From: Hyphochytrium catenoides
Lineage: Eukaryota > Protista > Hyphochytriomycota
Assembly (NCBI GenBank): GCA_900088475.1
Contig: FLMG01002853.1
Coordinates: forward strand, 1 to 34,384
Reading direction: 5' to 3'
Length of the DNA stretch: 34,384 nucleotides
Below the pieces are notes generated by a model. It searched no databases. It saw only the letters and a list, made by a program, of their open reading frames with translations, and had not been told where the DNA came from. Below are positions 12,887-24,000 of this stretch, piece after piece; the stretch's first letter is position 1; every line of letters begins with the position of its first letter. Both the position numbers and the translations under genes were made by a program.

Positions 12887-14552
12887 ATGGGGTCAGGACA
12901 GTCTAAACAAAACTCTCAGCAAAGTGCTACAGCGCAACCGTCATCGTCCTCAGCTCGAGATGGGGTACCTCAGGGGTCCAGTGCAAAGGCAACAGGCGGT
13001 TGCCCGGTAGATCACAAGAAAGCAGCTCCAGAGGCTGCGGCTACTGCCGCTAAGCACTTGGCAGCTTCTGAGACGGATGGGTGCCCTATCAGCAAGAAGG
13101 GAGCAGGAGCGGCGGCTGCGCTAGGGGGAGGCTGTCCCGTCAAGGGGCAGGAAGCAAACTCCGTACCTGTGTACAACGTTTATGGCGAACAAATTGACCC
13201 GAAGAACATGATGCCCAACGCTAACCAGGAGCCTGGACCGGGACAGAAGTACCCAATTGACACCACCCGTGTGCAGTCTTCAATTCCTAAGGGAGGAACG
13301 GAAGGAACATGGCTCTATCCATCTCCTCAGATGTTTTATAACTCGCTGAACAGAAAGGGCAAGGGCGATGATGTCAATGAGGCAGATGTGGATGTGATAG
13401 TTGCCATCCACAATAACATGAATGAGCGCACCTGGAAGCAGATCGTCAATTGGGAAGCGGTCTACGGAGTGTGAGTCAATGGCACCCTTTCCACCCTTGC
13501 GCCTTTGCTCTTCAAACTCTCCTTTCTTATTCTTCTTCCTCCTTCCCTAAAAAGGCTAACACCTCTGTTCCCCGTAGCCCTCATCCCAAGCTGCATCGCT
13601 TTATGGGACGACCCGATGAGTATAGCCCGCTGGCAAGGCTCAAGTACTGGCTTGGGTATGTGTCTCTTGAGGGGCCTTATTTTTAACCTTTAGTGACCTC
13701 TCATACTACTTTACTGCTTTGAATTCTGGACTTGGTCGGCGGGAACGCTGCTCCTCGACGTCTTTTCTTTACTGTCTATCTCCGTACCCGTTGCTCCTCG
13801 ACGTCTTTTCTTTACTGTCTATCTCCGTACCCTTCCACTATCAGTCAACGTACAAGCCACATCATTGCGTATCCTTCTTCACTGTGTACTTCCTCTTATG
13901 GATTCATCTTCCCATGTTCAGGGTCCGACCCCTTCCGTTCGACCGTCACGACTGGTACATCCTCCGCGACGACGGGAGTGAAGTGCGCTATGTGATTGAT
14001 TATTATCACGATGAAGAGAAGAGCAAGTTAGACGAGGTCCCTGACTTGGACTCTGAGGACAAGATCAAGAGCGTCGATATGGTGGTCAGGCCAGCTTTAG
14101 ACTCTCCATCCGCCTTGCTGCACAGGATGAAGTATGGCTTGCTTGGAGTTGGAGCAACTCCACCGCTACTGGGACAAGGAGAGGAGGGGCATTATTCACA
14201 GTCTTCCTCTTCAGCAAACCTAAAGGCTGACGAGGAGATGTCGGTGGAGGAGATGAAGGCAATTTTTGACAAGATCAGAAGTAACTGTGGGGAGAAGCTC
14301 ATTCAATTGAGAAGTAGTCAAGGAGAAGAGGAGCAGCACAGAGCTGCGACAGCACTTAACTACTGCATGGCGACGGTGGTGGGCTGCAAGCAGGAGGTGA
14401 AGGCCTTCGATGCAGCAGTTGCTCGCGGCTCAGATAAGGATATGGAGGCTGCGTTTGGCAGTATTTCGGAATGTATAGAGAGGTTTCAACAGAGGGCGAC
14501 TCCCGCAATGAAGGCCGAGGCTAAGGCTAAGGCACAGGCAAAGAGTAGCTAA
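12887..14552 (+). CDS. HCCS: Holocytochrome c synthase (cytochrome c heme lyase, System III), ~430 aa
   Basis: Exons 12887-13470, 13578-13655 and 13922-14552. N-terminal MGSGQSK, three CP motifs (GCPVDH, GCPISK, GCPVKG), [28 protein letters not shown] (heme-ligand His), [27 protein letters not shown]. Confidence 0.96.
13749..13832. repeat. Two-copy tandem duplication (43-bp period, 41 bp identical) in HCCS intron 2
   Basis: TGCTCCTCGACGTCTTTTCTTTACTGTCTATCTCCGTACCC at 13749 and at 13792. Confidence 0.95.
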
Positions 14553-14922
14553 AGGAGGCTGTATTATATTGCTTAGAGAGGTTTGCTTTTTATTCATCTT
14601 TGGTCCCTTTTGCGTGACGTAGGGGGAAAGATGGAAGCTGGAAACATTGGCGGTAGTCTTGAGTCTAATGACTACCATTCCCTGGAAGATAGTTTGACCG
14701 ATTCTTCCGTAGTGCTTCACATAAATAAATTATCTGTTCAGGAGGCACTGGTAGTGCTAATAGAGCAGTTATTCGGTTGGCTGGACCCAGCGATGTTTCC
14801 CATCTATCTCAGTCTTTAGTCTCGCTCTTGCCAGAGAGATCTACCAGGACGCGAAATAAGCCACAATCTGAATGGCGCTGGGATTTCCTTCGCTGTCAAA
14901 GATGCTAGTCAGTACCTCCCGT

Positions 14923-16979
14923 TCACTTCTTCTCTGGTTTGACATGGTCTTTCTTTTTTCTTTTGGTATTTGGATCACTGTTTGAAGCCTTCTTAACAGT
15001 CTTCCCCAAGCTCTCTGCCTGCTTGTTTTGTGCCAGATACCTGATGAGCCAAAGCGCATCAAGCATTGACAGTGTGAGTATAAAATTGTTCAGGCCAGAT
15101 GCAAGACCTAAAAAGGCGTCCTACTTTAGCCTAAGCTTCTTGAAAGCTTCTAAATTGGCATATGGCTTCTTAGTAAGAGGATCACGATATTTCGCAGGCA
15201 GTCCAGTTATGCAGCACTTGGCCTTTGAGGGATCTGTGTTGCAGCGCGTAAGCTAAGCCCATAAGCAAGTAACTTAAAATAGAGTGGCATGACCATAAAG
15301 AGAACATCTAGACGGCCAGGCGTAGCACAACTCAACCATCTACCCTAAGGATTGGCAAGCTCTTAATGATGAAGAATGGCATAAGACTCGTTATCGGAAG
15401 CAGTTCCTTTCCTTGAAGAAGTGGATTAGAGAGAAGGTGAACAATGTCGAATGGAGCGGAACGTACATGGGGGCGCCGTGCTATTTAGCACCGTGGGTAC
15501 ACTCTCCATGTCAATGAAGGTCAGGGTGTTGAGGGCTTCAACTTGGGTGCTCCTATACCTAGCTATGGGTCCCCTATACAGTTTCTTAGGGGGTGGCTGC
15601 TGTTTCTTTTCTTCCTCTATCTTCTGCATCAGCTTAAGTGAACGAATGTTCTCAATCTCCGTGCGGGCGGCTTCTGCCACCAGATCTGCTTGCTTGAAAG
15701 AGACGAGAGGTCTCTTCTTCACGGCCTGTTGCTGCATTGTACTCAAGTCAGCCCTCCTTCTTGACTGGACTTGACAATAGTGTATGTAGGGTAGCTTAAC
15801 ACCAAAAAGACACAGAACGAGGCATACATTAAGGTTTCAGAAAGGAACCCAAGCAATCCATTGTCCATTCTTAGTGAAGACAGGAAAGAGAAGAGACTCA
15901 CCTTCTTCACTTCTGATTGCATCAAGCTGACCGACTGGATGGTCTTCGTCTCGGTTGATTTCCGTAGAATACGGGGGACGGCATCTATGAAGAGGATTCC
16001 CAAGGGGCTAAGGCCTCCACCATTCAAGCTCCACTTGCCTTGCTCTTCAGCAGCTACTAAGGCTAGCGCTTTCTTATTCCATGGCCCTCGGACCTTTCTA
16101 CTCCCTTCTCATTCTTAGACATCCTGCTAAGCTTGCCCAGTGCTCCACTCACTTTGACCACAATACATTACACGGCTCTCCACTTTAATGCCTCCACTTA
16201 CCTATAAGGTTAGGCCCCTGATCCTTCTTCACCTTTGTCCTTGACTGCGCTGGTCGTTTAGCTTTGTATGGCTCTCTATAGGCGGATGCCTTGCTCTGTC
16301 ATTGCCATTGAAAGCGAACAGCCATCAAACACTAGTCTTCTCAATCCACGTATTCAAAGGGTCTCACCCTGGCAGTCTCCTTTCGTCGAACCTCCTTTTC
16401 TGCTGCGCCGGCATCTTCTTCTTCCTCAGACTCAGACATAAAAAAGTCGGAATCAAATTTGTCCTTGACCTCTACGCCAGGAATTGACCAGAACATCGTC
16501 ATTAACTTCCTCTCTTCCTAAAGTTCTTCCGTATAGAGTGTCCAGATTGCAGATATCTTCAAAGAAGGCAAACGCAGGAGAAGCAGCCACATCCAAGTTG
16601 ACTGATACAGATTCTTTCCTACCTTCTTCTACCACAAACTCCTCATCATCCTCCGCCTGCCACGCCTCCTGGTTCCAAAATTGCTCATCGGCATCAAGCT
16701 GCTCGCCCACCAGCTGGCCCATACGAGTTCCCCTTGTAGATCTTGAAGGCAGGACCTGTGTGAGGAGGAAAGGCACGGCTGCTTACCTGGCTATCGCCCA
16801 ATTTATAGGCATGATCTTTTTGTTACCTTCAACTCTTTGGAATCGGGAATGACCACCGAGATTCCGCTATCGGAGTCACTGTTCTCCACTTGTTCGTCCA
16901 TATCCTCATCGTCTTCTCTGTTCGAATTTTCAACCTCGCTGCTCGTATCTTCCTCATCATCACTTAATCCATCAACCAT
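14923..16979 (-). CDS. VPS72: VPS72/SWC2/YL1, H2A.Z chaperone subunit of SWR1/SRCAP
   Basis: About 8 GT-AG exons (16979-16827, 16755-16623, 16471-16368, then four more, last 15040-14923). YL1 N-terminal LPSRSTRGTRMGQLVGE..DEQFWNQEAW, KFDSDF, ILRKST, QADLVAEAARTEIENIRSL, and YL1_C CCITGLPAKYRDPLTKKPYANLEAFKKLR. Start codon and last exon are less certain. Confidence 0.9.
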
Positions 16980-17515
16980 GGGCTCAGCCAAGCCTGTCTC
17001 TTCCGCTGATAGAGCAGAGTTACAAACTGTTTGAGTGACTAGCAGCAATAGGTCATGCGGCCAAACCTGGCAATCACCTGTTTGTCCATGCTTCACTTCC
17101 TGCTTCTGCTTGACCCCCATAGCTGTGCCTTGTGGCGAGTCAAGGCCGCTGCCAAACGAGTTGCTTTTGGAAGATCAATCAGATGGCTAGAGGCTCTTCT
17201 GTTGCCTCACCATGATCGCGGACACTTCGGCCCTCCTCATCTCCGGAAAGTGCAGGAATCTTAAGCAGTCATCTTCTGCTATTGACACCACTCAGCAGCC
17301 AACAAGGTCCTTTACTTCATCTTGTCATCGTCGCTAGCAATAATATAAATACGCCTTGTCTCAGGGAGGTTAGTCAGGGAGACTGACCTACTATGGTAGA
17401 GGCAGAGTCAACAAAAGCACAAGAAGTCCAGTCATGCAGGGAAGCCTTATTGCTTGATGATGGTGATCATGAGTAGCTGTAACTCGTCTGCAGATTGTTT
17501 TGAGACGGAGACAGG

Positions 17516-17738
17516 TCTAAGCTTGCGCTTAGTTCTTAGTTCCCTTCGTGCAAGCCTCGCTAGTTTCGGAGTTCAAGGTCAATCCAGAGTCTCTGTCAAT
17601 CTATTGAAGCTCTATACTGTAATAAATATCAATCCAGAGTCTCTGTCAATCTGGAAATCTCTGACTGAGAGTTGTAATGATTGGCGGCTTCATGGCAAAT
17701 AAGACCTCTAACGGTCAGCAACTTTGCCTGGCCGTACA
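17516..17738 (-). repeat. 3' LTR
   Basis: On - it starts TGTACGGCC directly after the PPT. It matches 19869-20066. The terminal CA is mutated to GA and it carries small internal duplications. Confidence 0.88.
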
Positions 17739-17749
17739 TCCCCACCACT
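17739..17749 (-). promoter_or_regulatory. Polypurine tract of the LTR element
   Basis: AGTGGTGGGGA on -, abutting the TG of the 3' LTR. Confidence 0.8.
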
Positions 17750-18046
17750 AAGCTATGAATCACTCATTTTGACAATCTGGCAAAAATAATGAGGCTCTCA
17801 TAGCCACACCATCCAACTCTAACAACCATCTCACTCTCGATCATCACTCACTCATGTCTCTCTTATTGTTGGCACGTGGCACTACCTATTCCTACTCTAA
17901 CTCTATGCTAGATGAGAAACCGTGGGTCTGGCATCACGGCATCACAGTTCTGGGTTCTACCAAGACCTCGGGTGGAAACTCACCATTCTACTCTAAAACA
18001 TACGGTGCTAAGATTCTTCAGGTGCCATGTCAGATCTCACCCTTGC

Positions 18047-19367
18047 TTAAAAGAAGAAGATCAAGACGATCCTCCACCAATACCAGCATGAACAATAGAA
18101 GCCGAGGGTAGAGGAGTAGAGGGCCACCCTCACGATCATCATTTCCTCTTGGATATGGCTTGAGATGCTCGTATGCACTTGGATCCGTCCAGAGTGCTTT
18201 CTCTTCTTTTCGGTGTGCCATCTCTGGATAAGCTCCTTCGTTGGCTTGATGAGGTAAGTGAAATCAGCCATCTTCTCCAATACCACACATGGACCGTGCC
18301 CAAAGCTGATCCAGCTTCTTGGAAGTACCAGGACGCTGATTAGGAATGTAACGAGCAACTAGGTCTCCCTTCTGTTAAGAGATTGAAGGTTTTCCAGACC
18401 ACCTTCGAGTTCCTTCAACCTCAATCCGTTCTCTCGTTTTATCCAAGTTGTCCCTAGCATCCTGTAAGACCTTCTCATATGTGCCCAGCATGTGCTGAAC
18501 AACTTCGCTCATATTGTTCAGGTGTGAGAGATTTGGAGGACCTCCTGGAACACCATAAATGAGATAAATCGGCAGCGTTGGATCCCTTCCGAAGAAAAGC
18601 TTGAAAGGAGAGTATCCAGTCAACGAATGCACACTCACGCGGTAAGCTTTGAGCTTTCTATCCCAATCTCTTTGATCTTCGGACACATACTTCTTCAGCA
18701 TAATCCTTCTAAAATTCTAAGAGCTCTTTCAGCAGCAGCTGTCGCTCCTTTCGTATGTGCTGAACCAATCTTGCCTTGAATGCCTAAGACCTTGTATACT
18801 TGCTTGATCACTCTGCTCTTGTTTAGAGATGAGCCACCATCAGTGATGATGAATTGTGGGCAAGAATATCTGGCTAGGTACTCATCCAAAATCTTCTGTG
18901 CAATCGTCTCAGCCTTCAGATCCGGTAGCGGATAAGCCTCTATCCACCTCGAGAATAGATCAATTACCAGGAGAATGTAAAGGTTCCCGTCCTTGGATTC
19001 AGAAAGCTTAGCCGTAGCGTCCATCAGAATAACCTGATTTGGCCAATATGCCGCAGCTGACAAATAGAAGTCCTTCATTCGCTCACCCAAAGGATGTAGT
19101 TGACATTCCTAGCAATGATTCAAGAAGTGTTTGACATCGCTGTACATTGCTGGCCAGAAAAAGCGTGACTTAAGCTTCTGCAACGTCTTCTTCAATCCAA
19201 GATGCGCTCCAAAGTAGGCTGGGTTGTGACAAGCCTCAATGAGAGCCTTTCGTAGAGCAGAAAGGTACTACCAAACGCATCTTCTCCAGATTTGAAAGAA
19301 TGGTAGATAACACTTCCGTCCACACTCTTTCTTCATCGCTCTTTTCATTTTCGTTGACAGGCTTAGC
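18047..19367 (-). pseudogene. Degenerate gypsy-type integrase (zinc finger, rve core, C-terminal region)
   Basis: RLVVP/SALRKALIEACH..AHLGLKKTLQKLKSRFFWPAMYSDVKHFLNHC*EC, VILMD, YILLVIDLFSRWIEAYPL, IITDGGS, AAER, DWD, TGYSPFKLFFGRDP, GPCVVLEK..TYLI. It has several frameshifts and an in-frame stop. Confidence 0.93.
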
Positions 19368-19857
19368 TATTCCCTACCCACCACCATTCTGAGAACCAGG
19401 GGATGGTGTCGGGCTCGTTGTCTTTCCATCTGGAGGGAGTACCCCTACAACAGTGAGAAGGCTGTAGCTCCCAACGCTAAGCCTGTCAACGAAAATGAAA
19501 AGAGCGATGAAGAAAGAGTGTGGACGGAAGTGTTATCTACCATTCTTCCAAATATGGAGAAGATGCGTTTGGTAGTACCTTTCTGCTCTACGAAAGGCTC
19601 TCATTGAGGCTTGTCACACCCCAGCCTACTTTGAAGCGTATCTTGGATTGAAGAAGACGTTGCAGAAGCTTAAGTCACGCTTTTTCTGGCCAGAAAAGTA
19701 CAGCGATGTCAAACATGAATCATTGCAAGGAATGTCATCTACATCCTTTCGGTGAGCGAATGAAGGACTTCTCTTTGTCAGCTGCGGCATAATGGCCAAA
19801 TCAAGTTATCCTGATGGACGCTACGGCTAAGCTTACTAAATCCAAGGACGGGAACCT
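18981..19857. repeat. Long inverted repeat: arms 18981-19367 and 19476-19857, 108-bp spacer
   Basis: Manual alignment of arm 2 to the reverse complement of arm 1 gives about 16 substitutions plus one 5-bp indel (~95% identity). Confidence 0.96.
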
Positions 19858-19868
19858 CTCAGCTACTA
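19858..19868 (-). promoter_or_regulatory. Probable decayed primer-binding site (tRNA-iMet-like)
   Basis: TAGTAGCTGAG immediately after the CA of the 5' LTR. It resembles the iMet-type PBS TGGTAGCAGAG. Confidence 0.5.
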
Positions 19869-20066
19869 TGTAAGCTTGCGCTTAGTTCCCTTCGTGCAAG
19901 CCTCGCTAGGTTCGGAGTTCAAGGTCTTTATTCGTCAGAAATTTCAATCTATTGAAGCAATCCAGAGTCTCTGTCAATCTGGAAATTTCTGACTGAGTGT
20001 TGTATTGATCGGTGGCTTCTCGGCAAATAAGACCTCTAACGGTCAGCAACTTTGCCTGGCCGTACA
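19869..20066 (-). repeat. 5' LTR (198 bp)
   Basis: TGTA...TACA inverted termini, contains AATAAA on -, and is followed by the PBS-like motif. Confidence 0.9.
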
Positions 20067-20509
20067 CAGGCACACAGGGATTATCGAAAATAAAAATAAT
20101 GATGGAGACCAGGAATCCAAAAACCAAAGTCAAACCGGCAGATCAGACCATCGATAACCGAGGACTGATAAGGACACCCCCCAGTAGTGGTCATGGTGTG
20201 GGTGGAACGGTTGGTGGTGCCAATGGTTTTGTATGACGATTCTGATTGAGCTTCTGATGCCCGCTTCTGCCGCTGCTGAAGCTTTCTTATTATCGAGCTC
20301 ATCCAGCTCTTGATGATAGAAGAACCCTAGGGGATGAAGAGACTAGACTGATAGAGCTAGTAGCAGATATTCGAGACTTATCTGCCCGATCTGTAGGTCG
20401 TGGTAGTGTGCAACAGGGAGTAGGAGACACTTCTTCTGCGTCCTTGGTCGCGACCAAGCCACTGTTACTCCTCTGAATTTGATCAGAAAGACATAAGGCC
20501 ACGGACACC

Positions 20510-20901
20510 ATGCCGCGCAAGAAGGTGGACGAGCGCGTGCGGACTCTCATTGAGAACTCCGTCAAGACAAAGCACAGAAGCTTCTTCGTTATCGTGGGAG
20601 ACCATGGGAAGGATCAGGTAAGGATCAATCTCTTCCTTTCTTGCCTCGTCGATTGCGCCACTTTATCAAGGCTCTTATGAGCTCTGGCTTGAGGGTCAAT
20701 CTATTCTCCTGCTGCATACATCTATGGCCGCGCGCCGGGTGCTAATGTTTCCCATCCAGGTACCAAATCTTCATTATATCCTCTCAAAGGCTCAAGTCAA
20801 AGCCCGCCCCAGCGTCCTTTGGTGCTATAAAAAGGAATTGGGATTCTCCAGGTATAGGGGCACCATTGAACCTTCTCAGTCTTACCTCTTGTGTCTTCTG
20901 T

Positions 20902-20956
<55 letters not shown>

Positions 20957-20971
20957 TTCTTTCTTTCTTCG

Positions 20972-21003
<32 letters not shown>

Positions 21004-24000
21004 ATGCTTTCCGCTTCATAAAGCGCTCTCACCTTTCCTGTCTGCTTCTCCTCCATGTTCACTTCCCTTCTTGGGCAACATACTCCACCTCCTTGGATTG
21101 CTCTCTTTCACATACCTTCTTTCACTGCTTCTTTCCTTCCGCACGTAAAACGTCCTCTGCTATTGTCTCTACTCCTTAGGGTCTCTCTTTCCTTTTCCGC
21201 TCTCCCTGTGTCCCTTGGCCTTCTCTCTCATTCACCGATGATCTATGTCTCTTTTGGCAACAGCCATCGCCAGAAGCGGATGCGTCAAATAAAGAAGATG
21301 ATACAGCGGGGACTCTACGATCCCGAGAAGGATGATCCGTTCGATCTTTTTATCTCTTCAACCAATATACGATGGATGTACTACAAAGACAGCCACAAAG
21401 TACTTGGGCAAACCTTTGGAATGCTGGTCCTACAGGTGCGTTAAACCTTTCACTGCCACGAAGAGGGCGAGCGAAAAGAGAATGGGGCACGAGAAGGAGA
21501 CAAGAGTGAGGTCTCTACGTAGATCGTTTGGCCCACTTACTCTTATTCTATGCGTAGGACTTCGAAGCTTTGACTCCCAACCTACTCGCCCGAACCATTG
21601 AGACCGTAGAAGGAGGAGGTATCGTCGTCCTTCTTCTAAGGACAATGTCCAGCTTGACGCATCTATATAACATGACCATGGTGAGTGTGAAGAAACAGCT
21701 ATCCGGAAAGGACAGAAAAGCTGTCCTTCTTGAAAACTCAATCAGTTATTAGCCAGATATAGTACCTACCTCCCATCTCCACTTCCCGCCGTACATTGAC
21801 TATGTTTTATGCGGTCAGGACGTACACGCTAAATTCCGGACAGAGGCCCATAAAACCGTGGTTGCTCGATTCAACCAGCGCTTTATCCTCTCCTTCGCCC
21901 ATTGCAAGAACAGCATTGTTCTTGATGACGAACTGAATGTCTTGCCGATCTCCAGACACTGTAGAGACATTGTGCCCATACAACAGGTACGTTCGGACGA
22001 TGGTGAGCTCTGCACCGGACACATACAAGGAAAAGGCATTTGCCTTGTGCGGAAAGAGAAAAATGTATTCTTCTTGGGGAGACTGCCGCAAAGAGAAGTG
22101 AGAGGCCTCCTGAAGTCTGAGAGCGCTATTTATTTCCAGGAGGAAGATGCCGACAATACGTTGACGCCAGAACAAAAGGAGCTCAAGGAGTTAAAAGAGT
22201 CCCTTGCTGATACTCAGCCAGTAGGCAGTCTGGTTAACGGTGCGAGGACACTAGATCAAGCAAAGTAAGGCCTCTCTTTCGTACTTTTCTCTCCTCGACT
22301 TTTTTAAACGCCGACGACTGCTCCTAGTAATCTTTCTCCTGACTTCTCGGATACAGTTCTGGCGCTCGTGTACGCTTCAGCTTCCTTGGTACCCTCATCT
22401 CTCGTGTTCCACTTCTCTTTGTGGTCGCATCCTCCCGTCTCCTACTTACTGAACGAAGATTTTCAAGAGAATCTCTGTTACTACATGGCTGATAAGCTGC
22501 TCTCAACTGCAACTCTCGTCTTCCTATTAGAGCAATCTTAACATTTGTGGAAGGCATAGCGGATAAGTCCTTGAGAAGCACCGTTGCTCTTACGGCAGCA
22601 AGAGGAAGAGGCAAATCTGCATCGCTCGGAACAGCAATTGCTGCAGCAGTTGCCTACGGCTATAGTAACATATTCGTCACTGCCCCGACTCCTGAAAATT
22701 TGAAGACTGTCTTCGAGTTTATCTTCAAGGGCTTTGATGCTCTCCACTATAAGGAACATCTAGACTATGAGGTCAGTGAACTGCCACCCCGATTGCTTTT
22801 TGAAAGCGCAGTCTACAGAGACCTAGTAGACTATAGCAGGATGAGGAGGCTGCCTATAGAGGATACGCCGATGAACGAGGAGGATCGCGGATGAGACTCA
22901 CCTTCCCGTTGCTCTTTACATGTAGATTATCCAAAGCACGAACCCAGACTTCAACAAAGCTGTTGTGCGAGTTAACATCTTCCGAGAGCACCGCCAAACG
23001 ATTCAGTACATTCAGCCCAATGATCATCATAAGTTGGCACAGGCAGAGCTCGTGGCGATTGATGAGGCCGCGGCAATCCCTCTTCCTGTAGTAAAGAAGG
23101 TATGTTAGCGGGAAAGATAGAGGTGGATGGTGCCGAAAACTTATATTAGGAAGGGTGGCTCTCTATAAAGATGCGCCCAGCCAGACGAAAGAAAGAAGTA
23201 AGATGGGAAATCGGGCGCGTGGATCACAGCGGAGAGATGAGGTTACTGAGAGTGTGCGCGCGAGAGAGAGACTTCTTTATCGCGATGAAAAAGGGAATTA
23301 AGTCTTTTTACTCTTCTTTGGCGCTTAGCTTCTAGGGCCTTATCTGGTGTTTATGTCGTCAACGGTGAATGGTTATGAAGGGACGGGACGGTCTCTCTCC
23401 CTTAAGCTGATACAGAAGCTTAGAGAACAGCAGAACGCGAGTGTCTCGACGGCAGCTTCTCAGGCGTCTGCCACCATCCATAACTCTGGCGGCGTCAAAA
23501 AGAAAGAGAGGAAGGTGAGCATGAGGCGCATATATTGTGTATAATATATCTATTTCTAGGGGCTACCTACCTACCTATAGTTCTTAGAGCTTGTATCTCT
23601 TCCTTTCCGCGTTAGAAACTCTCGTTCCTCCGGTAGTACTTGCATGGCATGAGACCTTGACGATTTCGTGTCCCTGCGTCCCTATAAAGGCGATTTCTTC
23701 TTTTTCTTATAGAAATGAACTTACCATCAATTGTGTCGTTCGGGCAGGTTCATGAAGAGAGATGGCAGGAGGAAGCAAGAGCAGCAGCGGATGCTTCAAC
23801 TGGTATCAGCGGTACAGGTCGCATTCTCCGTGAGATAACTCTGGAGACCCCTATAANNNNNNNNNNNNNNNNNNNNNNNNNNNNNNNNNNNNNNNNNNNN
23901 NNAGCTATCGTCTTGTCTCTGGCACCCCTCATCCTTCGGAGTGCGAACTGTACTACGTGGATAGAGATTCTCTGTTTTCCTATCATAAGGTAAAGCGGAT

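Larger units (their letters stand above)
17516..20066 (-). mobile_element. Internally deleted, rearranged Ty3/gypsy LTR retrotransposon (non-autonomous)
   Basis: Two ~200-bp direct repeats, TG...CA ends, 4-bp target-site duplication CAGG (17512-17515 and 20067-20070 on +), PPT, PBS-like motif, and degenerate integrase with HHCC, DDE and a GP motif. No gag, protease or RT recognisable. Confidence 0.92.

Noticed and set aside
13749-13832. Short direct repeats (also 32836-32902) as CRISPR-like arrays
   Set aside because: Two adjacent copies without spacers, eukaryotic context, no cas genes.
3990-14552. CobW + P-type ATPase + heme lyase as a metal/cofactor gene cluster
   Set aside because: The ATPase is P5B (PPALP), not a P1B metal pump, and the functions are unrelated housekeeping.
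16756-16826. Internal CAG|GTAAGC in VPS72 intron 1, suggesting recursive splicing or an alternative donor
   Set aside because: The sub-introns would be only ~30-40 nt, far shorter than any other intron here, and use as a donor would include an in-frame TAA.
17760-17870. Possible chromodomain remnant (VRVGWCGYES on -) after integrase
   Set aside because: Only a W.GY-like match amid stops; too little to call a chromovirus.
20081-20302. 73-aa ORF MSSIIRKLQQRQK on -
   Set aside because: No recognisable motif and no convincing in-frame splice continuation; may be UTR.
23715-23993. Apparent frameshift in NAT10
   Set aside because: It coincides with the N gap of estimated length, so it is not evidence of pseudogenisation.
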